Shown one piece after another: positions 1 through 8,667 of a stretch of 64,000 nucleotides of DNA (position 1 is its first letter; every line of letters starts with the position of its first letter). Under the pieces are notes generated by a model. It saw only the letters and a program-made list of their open reading frames with translations. It had not been told where the DNA came from and made no database searches. The translations under genes were made by a program, and so were the position numbers. The stretch spans positions 5,544 through 69,543 of IMG/VR virus record IMGVR_UViG_3300014205_000019, one strand, 5' to 3'. Origin of the DNA: a virus (lineage: Duplodnaviria > Caudoviricetes).

Positions 1-463
1 TGAAGCCCTTGCCGACAAGCACCTTACGGATACGCCAGAAGGACAGTTTGGCAAGGTCAATGTCGGTGAAGGACATGGGTTCACCATTCCTATCGACCTC
101 ATCTTCCAATGCAAACTCGACCGATGGCTCCGACTCATCGACCATGAACATGTACTCTTGCCATGATTCAAGGTCAACGTACTTGCCATCCTTGCCACGC
201 CGCACCTTGATAGGCCCGCTGCCGAGCCGCTCATCCATGCGCTTACGGGCAATGCCAATCATCCTGCCGCAGTCACGACAGAAGGACGACATCTCATACT
301 CGTCGCCACCAATACAGAACGTGCGGTCAGTGCCATCGTGTCGAATGACGGCACTATTCCAGTCCGCATTGGTGTAAGAATCCGCCGCCTCATCATCGAG
401 ATCGCGGACAAAGGCCAGCAACGGGTAGGTATCCTGACACGCTGGACATTTGAAACTCTTCAC
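1..463 (-). CDS. Hypothetical protein with two CxxC motifs, runs off the left edge
   Basis: Hand-translated from GTG at 463 after SD AAGGTG: MKSFKCPACQD...FCRDCGRMIG...; open to base 1. Confidence 0.7.
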   Translation of the reverse strand, partial: MKSFKCPACQDTYPLLAFVRDLDDEAADSYTNADWNSAVIRHDGTDRTFCIGGDEYEMSSFCRDCGRMIGIARKRMDERLGSGPIKVRRGKDGKYVDLESWQEYMFMVDESEPSVEFALEDEVDRNGEPMSFTDIDLAKLSFWRIRKVLVGKGF

Positions 464-577
464 AGTTACACCTTACTTGATTAACTCTTGTTGCAGCCGA
501 GGCAGGGCGGCCAGCCCCTAGCCTACCACACGGGCCACGGCTTCGTCACCCCTTCGGGGTGGGCTACGCGGGCCTCC

Positions 578-811
578 TTAAAACAAATGCTTACAGGTGG
601 GACACGACGTATGACACCGCCACGTCATGTAGGTTCGGAATGATACGGGCCTGCCGGGGCCAGCATAATGGGCGCACTTAAACTGTACGTCTCTCACCTT
701 ATAGTGCTTGCCGTCCCACGTCCAGCCCTTCTCTACTGCCGCCACGCTATGGTAGTCCATATAACATGTTATTACATGGAGTTCCAATCGCGTGTTTACC
801 ATCACACTCAC
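578..811 (-). CDS. Small hypothetical Cys/His-rich protein
   Basis: ORF track, same strand as neighbours; true start may be the internal MDYHS. Confidence 0.5.
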   Translation of the reverse strand: MSVMVNTRLELHVITCYMDYHSVAAVEKGWTWDGKHYKVRDVQFKCAHYAGPGRPVSFRTYMTWRCHTSCPTCKHLF

Positions 812-889
812 GACTATGTGCCTCTAGAGGGGTGCGTCTACCATGTGGAGTATTACATCCATCTCCATCATAGTGAATAATGTGGGGCT

Positions 890-1282
890 TCACAAGTCAA
901 TGTCCGGGATATCCAGCGCCTCCAACTTAGCACGCACCATGCCCTTGTTGTAGCCGAACAGCATCCCCGTCATAAGTGCCGAACTCATCATGTGCGTGAG
1001 GATGGGGAATAACATTGGCATACCAGCCAGCAAGTTACCCCATCGCTCGTGACCCTGCATCTCTGAATAGATGAGGCCACTGGTGTATCGCTGCACCTGC
1101 TTGTCGGGGAATACATTCTCCATGATGAAGCCGTCACGCTCCACCGCTTCGCGGGCTGAGATGATACCGTCAACAACTTCCTTTGCGAGTTTAGCCAACT
1201 CTTCATGAATCTGCTCGGGCTTCATGTTGCGAACGTCCTCGGGGATATCATTCATGTCGTCGAGTCCTTCAAAGAGTCCCAT
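890..1282 (-). CDS. Hypothetical protein
   Basis: 130-aa ORF with stop/start overlap to the upstream gene. Confidence 0.7.
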   Translation of the reverse strand: MGLFEGLDDMNDIPEDVRNMKPEQIHEELAKLAKEVVDGIISAREAVERDGFIMENVFPDKQVQRYTSGLIYSEMQGHERWGNLLAGMPMLFPILTHMMSSALMTGMLFGYNKGMVRAKLEALDIPDIDL

Positions 1283-1437
1283 TAGTTCACCACCTTAATC
1301 ATGTCACCATCCCACACCCATGACACGCGCCGACCATTGCCGATGCGAGTACGGAAGGGCTTGACGGGCTGGAACACACGGCCCTCACGCATGATGCGCC
1401 GCGTTTCCTTCTTGTTAATGTTCTTCTGCATAGCCAT
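1282..1437 (-). CDS. Small basic hypothetical protein (51 aa)
   Basis: Hand-translated MAMQKNINKKETRR...KVVN*; fills the gap with tight coupling. Confidence 0.55.
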   Translation of the reverse strand: MAMQKNINKKETRRIMREGRVFQPVKPFRTRIGNGRRVSWVWDGDMIKVVN

Positions 1438-1439
1438 TG

Positions 1440-2060
1440 CTATTTCCAATTCTTAATTGCGTCGTCGTATTCGTTGGACAGGTCGAGCAGTTCTGTTTGT
1501 CTAAGCATCTCCTTTTTAATCTTGTTAATGACAAGGCCAATCTGTCGTGGGGTACGACGCGCAAACTTCATATGAGATTCAATCTCAGTAAGAAGGGCAG
1601 TACACGCCAAGGGATATTCGTACCCACCAGCATCATCATAGTCAATAAGAAACACACGGCCATCGGGAGCAACAAGCCAGTTGTTGCCATGATTATCGTT
1701 GCGTGCGATGTATGCCGTCGCTAATCCAGCCAGCGCCGCACTCTTATAGTCGATGCGCTGACCAGTAGCAATGAAGTCGGATAGGGTCTTAGCATCCTTC
1801 AATGCCAGCGAGTAGACATAGCCCTCCTCTTGAAGTAGCGGTGCCACACATGAGTGGAAGCCAGCCTTAACAAGTTTGTCATAGATGGGTGCCTTGACCA
1901 GCATAGGCTTGCGAGAGTAGGTCGTTTTCCTTACGGCTTCAATGGTGCTGAATCCTGCTGGCACACGCACCTTTCTGATTGGCTGCGAGGCACGAACAAA
2001 TAGGGCATCGCTGATTCCATGTCGGAATCCATTTGGACTAAGCGTCGGCTTCCACTCCAA
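1440..2060 (-). CDS. HipA-like / PI3-PI4-kinase-fold atypical kinase
   Basis: Catalytic-like NDNHGNNWLV followed by VFLIDYD; TTG start at 2060 after SD AGGAGG. Confidence 0.65.
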   Translation of the reverse strand: MEWKPTLSPNGFRHGISDALFVRASQPIRKVRVPAGFSTIEAVRKTTYSRKPMLVKAPIYDKLVKAGFHSCVAPLLQEEGYVYSLALKDAKTLSDFIATGQRIDYKSAALAGLATAYIARNDNHGNNWLVAPDGRVFLIDYDDAGGYEYPLACTALLTEIESHMKFARRTPRQIGLVINKIKKEMLRQTELLDLSNEYDDAIKNWK

Positions 2061-2244
2061 CGTGTTCCTCCTTGTCCTTCTCACGCTTCTCCAACTCCTT
2101 GTCAGAGAGGGCATGAGCATGAGTGCGGTCGGGACACATGGCTTCGGCTCCGCATTCAGTGCAGGTCAGCACACCGTAGCGCAAACCCGACTTAGTATCT
2201 AACTTACCTTCACACACCGTGTGTTGGTGAACCATACAAGACAC
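2038..2244 (-). CDS. Small Zn-finger-like protein
   Basis: HTVCEG...CTECG...C...H pattern. Confidence 0.5.
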   Translation of the reverse strand: MSCMVHQHTVCEGKLDTKSGLRYGVLTCTECGAEAMCPDRTHAHALSDKELEKREKDKEEHVGVEADA

Positions 2245-2299
2245 AACTATACTCCAATAAGAACAGCGAGGCGGGGTGGTCGCTAAGGTAGGGCGGCGG

Positions 2300-2761
2300 T
2301 TATCCCTCCCCTTCGGGGAGAGCGGCCAACTCCTGCCGTACCTGCATTAGAATTTTGCCAAGTTTATTTTGGCCGACGCCACGACATACACCCCAATAGG
2401 TGTCGCCCCATGTGTTGCCCTCCACTAGTTCCTCATCGCCAGTCGCAATGAGTTTGGCTGCGAGGTCAGGATTCTGTACGAACTTGGCCCTCACAAACCC
2501 AAGCATGTAGTGGTCTTTGATGTTGTCCCAATTAGCCACCATCTTAACCCGCCTACCCAAACGCTTGGCCTCGCCCGGTGTGCGTGCCCTGATAATGGTA
2601 TGCGCATCACCCAAGTAAAGACACTTAGAGGCTTGGTAGGCGTGCTCGACAGTGGGATACACAGGCGAGGCGAACGTGGACTCCGTTTCCACACTCATAA
2701 CAAAAGGAGAGGGCCAGAAGTTTGAGAGCCAACGGTACTGTCCTTGAAACTGGTTAATCAT
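2300..2761 (-). CDS. NADAR (YbiA-like) family protein
   Basis: WLSNFWPSP, YPTVEHAYQASK, PGEAKRLGR, RAKFVQNPDL, LVEGNTWGDTYWG, GQNKLGKILM motifs. Confidence 0.92.
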   Translation of the reverse strand: MINQFQGQYRWLSNFWPSPFVMSVETESTFASPVYPTVEHAYQASKCLYLGDAHTIIRARTPGEAKRLGRRVKMVANWDNIKDHYMLGFVRAKFVQNPDLAAKLIATGDEELVEGNTWGDTYWGVCRGVGQNKLGKILMQVRQELAALPEGEG

Positions 2762-2954
2762 AGCGCATCCCCATTGTCTGCTTCATTTCACTACTCAGTT
2801 TCTCTGCATCTTGAAGCCACCGCTTATGCGTCCACGCTTCCCATTCATCGGCGGCTTCGTAGTCCCAACTACATATATCAATGTGACTGGAACGACAGAA
2901 CATACGATGAAGAATGACTGCGAGTTTCTTATCACTTTCCGTTGGTTGCTCCAA
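2754..2954 (-). CDS. Hypothetical protein
   Basis: 66-aa ORF coupled to neighbours. Confidence 0.55.
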   Translation of the reverse strand: MEQPTESDKKLAVILHRMFCRSSHIDICSWDYEAADEWEAWTHKRWLQDAEKLSSEMKQTMGMRYD

Positions 2955-3249
2955 TCAGGTCGTCGATGGACACGCACCGCCACTCGGATTCACCATACAC
3001 AGGGCGATAATCCATCTGCCATGCGTACACTTCGTCCTCATTGCACTGAACATACGGCCCGGACGACCCCGCGATCACGGCCCATGCAAAGAAGAACATA
3101 ATCACTAGCCCTAAGATAAAGCCAATAGCACCAAAAGCAAAGACTTCCTCACTGTTGTTGTACGAGTTGTTACTTGTGTACTTATTCTCGCTGTTGTTAC
3201 TTGTGTACTTATTGTATGTCATACTACCTCCGTTTACTACCTTATTCAA
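2932..3249 (-). CDS. Membrane protein with short N-terminal tandem repeat
   Basis: Hydrophobic segment FAFGAIGFILGLVIMFFFAWAVIA; NKYTSNNS twice. Confidence 0.55.
   Translation of the reverse strand: MNKVVNGGSMTYNKYTSNNSENKYTSNNSYNNSEEVFAFGAIGFILGLVIMFFFAWAVIAGSSGPYVQCNEDEVYAWQMDYRPVYGESEWRCVSIDDLIGATNGK
3166..3213. repeat. 21-bp exact direct repeat, 27-bp period
   Basis: gttgttacttgtgtacttatt at 3166-3186 and 3193-3213. Confidence 0.9.
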
Positions 3250-3292
3250 GCGAGCCGATGGGTCTGCTGCTACAGGTAGGGCGGCGTTGCCT

Positions 3293-3565
3293 TCACCCCT
3301 TCGGGGTGGGGGAATCCTCCCCCGCTACCCATTTTGCATCTTCCTTCCAGTAATTGTAGCCCTCAGATAAATCAGTCTTAGTGAACCCATCCATTGACTC
3401 TTCGGGCATGGGTTCGCAGCGGTCACACTGATGGTGCAGTTCACGATAACCTCGTGATACTTCCTCGAAGTCTTTAACGGCTGCCCATAACCACGCAATA
3501 GAAGTAGTAAGGGCACCAACAGCCATCCCAAATAGGAAGGCCAAGCCAATCAACAGCCAGTCCAT
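3293..3565 (-). CDS. Membrane-anchored hypothetical protein
   Basis: N-terminal hydrophobic helix; start overlaps upstream stop. Confidence 0.65.
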   Translation of the reverse strand: MDWLLIGLAFLFGMAVGALTTSIAWLWAAVKDFEEVSRGYRELHHQCDRCEPMPEESMDGFTKTDLSEGYNYWKEDAKWVAGEDSPTPKG

Positions 3566-3942
3566 TACCTCGTCCTCTCATTCACGAATGTCAGTTCCTT
3601 CTCGGCGTCAGCCTCAATGACCTCCTTCAACTCATCGAGCGTGTTAACGAATGTGATTCGTGCTGCCGACACAGCCCCTTCGTGTTGGGTGAAGGCGGCA
3701 ATGTTTAGTGCTGTCTTAATCGGATTGCCTTTCTTGTTGGCGTATCGAATAAGACCAACACACTCAGTAATGTCTCTGTTGTTGATGCCAATAGGCAGGG
3801 CATCCACCCTACCAATCACGGCGTGCCACCCATCCTTAAGGTAAGTACCGAAGGCGTTGCCGCACATGCAGGTAATCACACTGTCTGTGTAGACCTGCAA
3901 CTTCACAATGTCTTGACACTGTAGACAGAGCAGGAGTTTCAT
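3565..3942 (-). CDS. Hypothetical protein with N-terminal Zn ribbon
   Basis: CLQCQD...CMCGN. Confidence 0.7.
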   Translation of the reverse strand: MKLLLCLQCQDIVKLQVYTDSVITCMCGNAFGTYLKDGWHAVIGRVDALPIGINNRDITECVGLIRYANKKGNPIKTALNIAAFTQHEGAVSAARITFVNTLDELKEVIEADAEKELTFVNERTR

Positions 3943-4115
3943 TAGAATTTTCTAACCGCGATAAGTGCGAAAATCATACTAATCGAAATCAAAGCCAACA
4001 TCCCGTTGATAAGGACTTTCACAAAATCCAGTCCTGCAATGGCAATAATAACAATAGTGGTATTGTAAACCACAGAGAAGATGTTAATAGCCATTGCCAA
4101 AATCCACAGAATCAT
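3942..4115 (-). CDS. Small two-helix membrane protein (57 aa)
   Basis: Hand-translated MILWILAMAINIFSVV...LIAVRKF*; TAATG coupling. Confidence 0.6.
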   Translation of the reverse strand: MILWILAMAINIFSVVYNTTIVIIAIAGLDFVKVLINGMLALISISMIFALIAVRKF

Positions 4116-4280
4116 CTAGTCCTCCATCATTTCCAGCATGAGCAACACCTTGAGCATACGACGGGCACGCCGACGCCCCTCGGCCTTACGCCTCTTCAAG
4201 CCAGTGTTCTCACCCTCAAAGGGAGGGCACACACTACAGGCGTGCTTGCACTTGTTGTGCTTCTTGAACACGTCACCCAT
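4116..4280 (-). CDS. Small basic CxxxCxxC protein (54 aa)
   Basis: Hand-translated MGDVFKKHNKCKHACSVC...; fills the gap exactly. Confidence 0.5.
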   Translation of the reverse strand: MGDVFKKHNKCKHACSVCPPFEGENTGLKRRKAEGRRRARRMLKVLLMLEMMED

Positions 4281-4466
4281 TTAACGCTCCTTCGGGTAAA
4301 CCTGAACCTCGTTAATGAAGATAGTTACGTCGTCGTCTAAGCACCATCCATTCACCAGACTAAGGGCTGCTATGAATCCTTCTTCGGCTGTTGCATCATC
4401 GGCAATGAACAATCCCCTTGTAATGGGGTCACCGTCATTGTCAAAGATAACTATGACATGCAACAC
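4281..4466 (-). CDS. Hypothetical protein
   Basis: 61-aa ORF in operon. Confidence 0.55.
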   Translation of the reverse strand: MLHVIVIFDNDGDPITRGLFIADDATAEEGFIAALSLVNGWCLDDDVTIFINEVQVYPKER

Positions 4467-4483
4467 CAGTCACCCCCGCTCAC

Positions 4484-4867
4484 TTATCCTCCTTGATAGG
4501 CGTGGACTTTATCAATCCACCTACTTGTCCGGTAATATAGTGGCTCGTTGATGAAGTTGTTATGCCACAATACGAAGGCAGCCTCGCCTTCTTTACCGTG
4601 TCTAACAACAAACCTATAGTTCTCTCGACCATCCTCGTCTGTGTTTACTAACTGATGGTCAACCATGATGTTGTGAGAACAGATTTTCTTTATCTGTTCA
4701 GCCATGTCATTACACTGGGGGTACTCACAAGATACACCCATGTGTTTGAGTTCTGCTATTGAAGGCAGAGGCGGGGTTCCATCAAGACTACCCATACTTC
4801 GGTATCTCCACTGAATGCGGGCTGGTGCAACTGGCACAGCGATACTTGCGATAGTATGCTGCATCAA
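4484..4867 (-). CDS. Hypothetical protein
   Basis: 127-aa ORF in operon. Confidence 0.55.
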   Translation of the reverse strand: MMQHTIASIAVPVAPARIQWRYRSMGSLDGTPPLPSIAELKHMGVSCEYPQCNDMAEQIKKICSHNIMVDHQLVNTDEDGRENYRFVVRHGKEGEAAFVLWHNNFINEPLYYRTSRWIDKVHAYQGG

Positions 4868-4901
4868 TCACAAGCATCCACTTACACTTCTTTGTTGTCA
4901 T

Positions 4902-5150
4902 TCAAGACAACCTACCCGGCGGCACCCATTCGCTGTCGTCCAGCACTCTCTCTTCAACGAACGTTGAGGTATTGGGGCCGCTCTTTACGAACTTACCCCC
5001 GGCCACCCTTAAGAATCGGATTTCGCTGATCCCATCCCCCTTCATTTCGTTCAGTACAACCCGTTCGAGGTCAACCAACTCCGCCGTTAGGTTCCTGTCT
5101 CCAAAGACATAGAGCCTGATATCGACTGCATACTCTTCAAACTTGGGCAT
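4902..5150 (-). CDS. Hypothetical protein
   Basis: 82-aa ORF preceded by SD GAGG. Confidence 0.6.
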   Translation of the reverse strand: MPKFEEYAVDIRLYVFGDRNLTAELVDLERVVLNEMKGDGISEIRFLRVAGGKFVKSGPNTSTFVEERVLDDSEWVPPGRLS

Positions 5151-5302
5151 TGTCCTCTTCCTTCTTAATCTTATCGAGTAGTGCTCTGACCGTTGCTTGC
5201 GTCATAGCCATCACTAAAGCCTTGGTCTTAGGCTTCCTATTTGTCTGTCAGCAATCAGTCCTCCTTGTTCTCCATCTCACTGAGGTCAAGAAAGAATACC
5301 GT

Positions 5303-5776
5303 CTAGACCTCGCGCTGCACCATGATTACATGGCCTTCGTTCGGCTCATAGTACAACTCGTGAGCGATGGGTTCCTCATTGCGAGCAATGATGAGGTACA
5401 TCGTCTCCTTCAACTCATCGAGGCTCATGCTGTAGGTGGCACGGTCGATGAACTTCTTCAAGTCACGAAGGATGGCAGCCCGCTCGCTCCACATATTGGG
5501 TTTGTGGTCAGCAAGGAACTCGTATGCCTCTTCAAAATAGAGTTGGGTCAACTTGCCCTTCTCGTCGGCCAGCACCACAGACAGTGCCATACCCTCGTGG
5601 TCGTGTTCCATTAGGAACTGATAGGCCAACCTCTTCTTGGCATCAAGGTCGCCGTCAAGGGCTGAGTAGGTCACCCCATCACCATTGACGCAATCAATCT
5701 CGACGCGAATCATCTCAATCATGTTTCGACCCTTTCCATAGGTCATCATCAGGAGCACGGAAATAGTGCCCGACAT
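5303..5776 (-). CDS. Hypothetical protein
   Basis: 157-aa ORF, first gene after the promoter at 5937-5966; start uncertain. Confidence 0.6.
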   Translation of the reverse strand: MSGTISVLLMMTYGKGRNMIEMIRVEIDCVNGDGVTYSALDGDLDAKKRLAYQFLMEHDHEGMALSVVLADEKGKLTQLYFEEAYEFLADHKPNMWSERAAILRDLKKFIDRATYSMSLDELKETMYLIIARNEEPIAHELYYEPNEGHVIMVQREV

Positions 5777-5936
5777 ATCGGCGTTGTTCCCTCATTTTGG
5801 GTTAGCCCGCTCCCCATATCACCAGTGCCGTGTCCCTCATTTTGGAAGTAGCACCTTGAATAAGGTTATTGCCCTTAGTGCGTCACTCTAAGGTGTTATC
5901 GACGGCTATCTGGTGGCCTCGTGACCAGCCACCACT

Positions 5937-5966
5937 AATGTACCACGCCGCCGCCGCCGCTGTCAA
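5937..5966 (-). promoter_or_regulatory. Sigma70-type promoter with GGC-repeat spacer
   Basis: TTGACA-gcggcggcggcggcgtgg (18)-TACATT with TG extension. Confidence 0.6.
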
Positions 5967-6355
5967 GCGCCCCGCCTGATGCCCACCCATGATGGTATTT
6001 GATAGTGCTAAGTGCTAACTATTAAATAGATATAACTATAAACTGCTATAAATAATCACACTCATAGCATAGTAGTATAGCCCTCAGTTAACTAGTCCAC
6101 ATTGGTATATAGATGCCACCCATGCCAGCCCCTTCGCCGCTTGGCCGCCTAGTATGGCCGCCCATTATAGTAACTATCTATCCAGCCGCCCACCATATAC
6201 GTTGTCTGGCCTCAAAGTCCGCGAACTCCAACGAATGGGGGCCAACACTACAACAAACACACTCTCTTAAGAATAGGCGGCAGCCTATTCTCTAGGCACT
6301 TACATATATTTACTTAATCTTAACTAAATATTTATATTGAATGGGTGCAAAACAC

Positions 6356-6384
6356 TTGACAAGTAGTCAAAAAGGTGTTATAAT
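6356..6384 (+). promoter_or_regulatory. Consensus sigma70 promoter
   Basis: TTGACA-N17-TATAAT with TG extension. Confidence 0.85.
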
Positions 6385-6435
6385 TTCTTTAACACCTAGA
6401 GGGGGCTTCTATATATAAGAGAGGGAGAGAAGAAG

Positions 6436-6591
6436 ATGAGTAAAGAAAGTGCTATTGAGGCTGCCGTCATTCATGCTCGCACACGCCGTCGCACTAGTGG
6501 CACTCAGTGGTTAGATGGGTCGGTCGACTTCGATATCTATTATGCTACGCAGTATGGCCTCGATGTATTAAAGAAGGATCGCTCTATATAG
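6436..6591 (+). CDS. Small hypothetical protein (51 aa)
   Basis: Hand-translated MSKESAIEAAVIHAR...; purine-rich SD; directly after the promoter. Confidence 0.45.
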   Translation: MSKESAIEAAVIHARTRRRTSGTQWLDGSVDFDIYYATQYGLDVLKKDRSI

Positions 6592-6894
6592 TTATAGTAT
6601 GTTAACAGTTCCTTAGCACGTCGGTTATATTAGAGGGCAGCGATGTCCTCTTTATTTGTGTGTGTTTGTGTATAGTTCGTACGCGCGATTAGTGTGGCGC
6701 CATACATCTCTTCTGATAATGAGTAGATATCTACCTATGGTAGACTAACGGGCGCGCACGGGCACGGGGGCGGGTACATGGCGGGCGTTATGTCAAGCAG
6801 ATTTAGGTAGGTTTTTGTTTATACTTCCTTAGCACTGGCGGCCTACATTGGTCGTGGTGAGTCGTGTTGGCTCACTGGTAGTTAGGAGTTCGTA

Positions 6895-7275
6895 GTGACT
6901 GATAGCGTTTTGTTCAAGGTTCCCGCCGCTGAGGGTTTCTCGGTTGTCGGGTTCATGAAGGCGGACGGGAGCGCGGATGTTGTCGCCACGTATGACAAGA
7001 GCGCAAGCGATACGGAGGCCAAGCGGTACGTTTACATCGTGAACGGCAAGGCCGTTACCATCGGTACGTATCACGGCTCCCGCTTCGGTAGCGGTCAGGC
7101 CGCTAAGGCGATTCTTACCGCCATCGGTAAGGCACCCGCGTCCACCGCTCGGCCGCCCGCACCGGCTCCCGTGTCCACCTCCGATGTTGTCGCTGAAGTG
7201 ATGAAGGCACTGACCGCCGCCGGTATCGTCCCGGCTCCGGCTCCCGTGACGCGCGGCCGTAACACTCGCAAGTAA
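6895..7275 (+). CDS. Isolated hypothetical protein with Ala/Pro-rich linker and basic tail
   Basis: GTG after AGGAG; followed by an intrinsic terminator. Confidence 0.7.
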   Translation: MTDSVLFKVPAAEGFSVVGFMKADGSADVVATYDKSASDTEAKRYVYIVNGKAVTIGTYHGSRFGSGQAAKAILTAIGKAPASTARPPAPAPVSTSDVVAEVMKALTAAGIVPAPAPVTRGRNTRK

Positions 7276-7295
7276 AGGCGACTAGTCACTAGTCG

Positions 7296-7328
7296 GGGGA
7301 GGGTCAGCAATGGCCCTCCCCTCTTTTT
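7296..7328 (+). terminator. Intrinsic terminator
   Basis: GGGGAGGGTCA-GCAA-TGGCCCTCCCC then TCTTTTT. Confidence 0.85.
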
Positions 7329-7492
7329 GTGTCCGCTCGCCCGCCCGTATGCCAGGTGGGAGGACCGACTCCGCCCCGACCAGTCACCAAGCCCGGCACC
7401 ACGCAAGCAAACACCCAGCCGAATACGCCACCTACCCACTCAAACAACCAACCAACCAACTATAGACCGTCTACTAACGATATGTAAAAATT

Positions 7493-7762
7493 TTACAGGG
7501 GTTGTGGTCTATCTGTGCCGTAATGAATGTCGTAGTCCTCTAGCGCCGCTACTGCCACAGCCGCCACCTGTACCAACTCGTCGCGGTAATTAGTGGCGCC
7601 CTTTGTCCAGTCGGACTCGAAGATGGCGCGGGCGACCTCGCCTACTTCCTCGCCTAGAATGACGAACCACCAAGCGGGCGTGTGGTGTTGGTCGCCCCAC
7701 TTAAGTAGTTGGCGCTGGCGCTCGGCCTCAATGTCGGCTAGGATTTTCTGTCTATTTGTCAT
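7493..7762 (-). CDS. MazG-like nucleotide pyrophosphohydrolase
   Basis: ILGEEVGEVARAI...RDELVQVAAVA (ExxE...ExxQ/D pattern). Confidence 0.8.
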   Translation of the reverse strand: MTNRQKILADIEAERQRQLLKWGDQHHTPAWWFVILGEEVGEVARAIFESDWTKGATNYRDELVQVAAVAVAALEDYDIHYGTDRPQPL

Positions 7763-8357
7763 GCTTCCTGCTTTCCTGCTCCATGTTGTGCGCCACAGCC
7801 GGGTCGAGCCACTTATAAAGTAGGGCCATGCGGCGATAGATGGACAATTGCTTATGCCAATACGAATTTGTTAGCGGCGCAATCCACGGTACCTCGAAGT
7901 CGGCCACGAACTTCATCCAGTGGGCCTCGGTGCCGTGCGCCTGCTGCTCTGCTGTCAGTGTGGATTTGTTTCCCTCGACCCGCACCATAAGGAAGCCGCG
8001 ATCTTTAAGCACCTGATACTCGTCGGGTAGGCGCACATCATCTACGAAAAAGATACGGGTGCCGAAGCCGTATTGCCGGTCGAAGTCGGCCAACAGTTTG
8101 TCAACCAAGAACGACGGGTTGGCAGCGCGAAGTTCGTCGCCGTATCTTTGTAGGTCTAGGCGGTATTTATTCTTGGTATTAGGATTACGAAGTAGATTGA
8201 TATTAATGTTCTTGTCTAGGGCGTATTGAATCTTAATTGGTGCGGCAAAGGACAGCACGGGTGCACTATAGAAGCGGGCTAGTCCGTCGGCCAGTGTTGT
8301 CTTGCCAGCACCTGCGGGGCCGAAGAAGGCTACTGAGCGTGTAATCTTATACTCCAT
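7752..8357 (-). CDS. Deoxynucleoside monophosphate kinase
   Basis: P-loop GPAGAGKTT, SFAAPIK, LQRYGDELR, DDVRLPDE; ATG at 8357 after AAGGAGG. Confidence 0.8.
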   Translation of the reverse strand: MEYKITRSVAFFGPAGAGKTTLADGLARFYSAPVLSFAAPIKIQYALDKNININLLRNPNTKNKYRLDLQRYGDELRAANPSFLVDKLLADFDRQYGFGTRIFFVDDVRLPDEYQVLKDRGFLMVRVEGNKSTLTAEQQAHGTEAHWMKFVADFEVPWIAPLTNSYWHKQLSIYRRMALLYKWLDPAVAHNMEQESRKHDK

Positions 8358-8667
8358 TAAATGCCTCCTTCTTCGCTTCATAAGCATCGACCGTTTCACA
8401 GGCCGTATCGTCCGAATCACAGTATATCGCATCTTCATTATCGGGCCGAAGGCAAATGAAGCGCGGGCGGCGGAACTTACCAGTTTTAGTCAGTTCCTGA
8501 CACTCAACCTCAATGACCGTGCCAATCGGCAAGAATACGAACTCGGCTCGCTGTTCGTCGGTAAGGCCCACACTGACGCGGCCCATAGACGTTATGAGTG
8601 CGCCAACCTTACCCAAGTACCTGCCTTTGCCCGCCACGAGGCCTGTTACCACAATATCATAGTGCAT
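8347..8667 (-). CDS. Stand-alone DNA-ligase C-terminal OB-fold-like protein
   Basis: GKGRYLGKVGAL...VGLTDEQR...IGTVIEV...LTKTGKFRRPRF matches the ATP-dependent ligase OB pattern; no adenylation domain attached. Confidence 0.65.
   Translation of the reverse strand: MHYDIVVTGLVAGKGRYLGKVGALITSMGRVSVGLTDEQRAEFVFLPIGTVIEVECQELTKTGKFRRPRFICLRPDNEDAIYCDSDDTACETVDAYEAKKEAFNGV

Noticed and set aside
9-377. 122-aa plus-strand ORF in the track
   Set aside because: Shadow of a better minus-strand gene (1-463) with SD and CxxC motifs that lacks a stop inside the window
5250-5305. In-frame continuation after the TAG of 5303-5776, hinting at amber recoding
   Set aside because: No CTA-anticodon tRNA; large genes are intact under code 11 and some end in TAG
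5150-5614. 154-aa plus-strand ORF and similar long antisense ORFs in the replication arm
   Set aside because: Antisense shadows of motif-bearing or operon-consistent minus-strand genes
5780-5900. Resemblance to a c-di-GMP-I riboswitch (ACGCAC..AGGGCAA..ACC)
   Set aside because: The GAAA tetraloop, receptor and GCAAAG elements are missing
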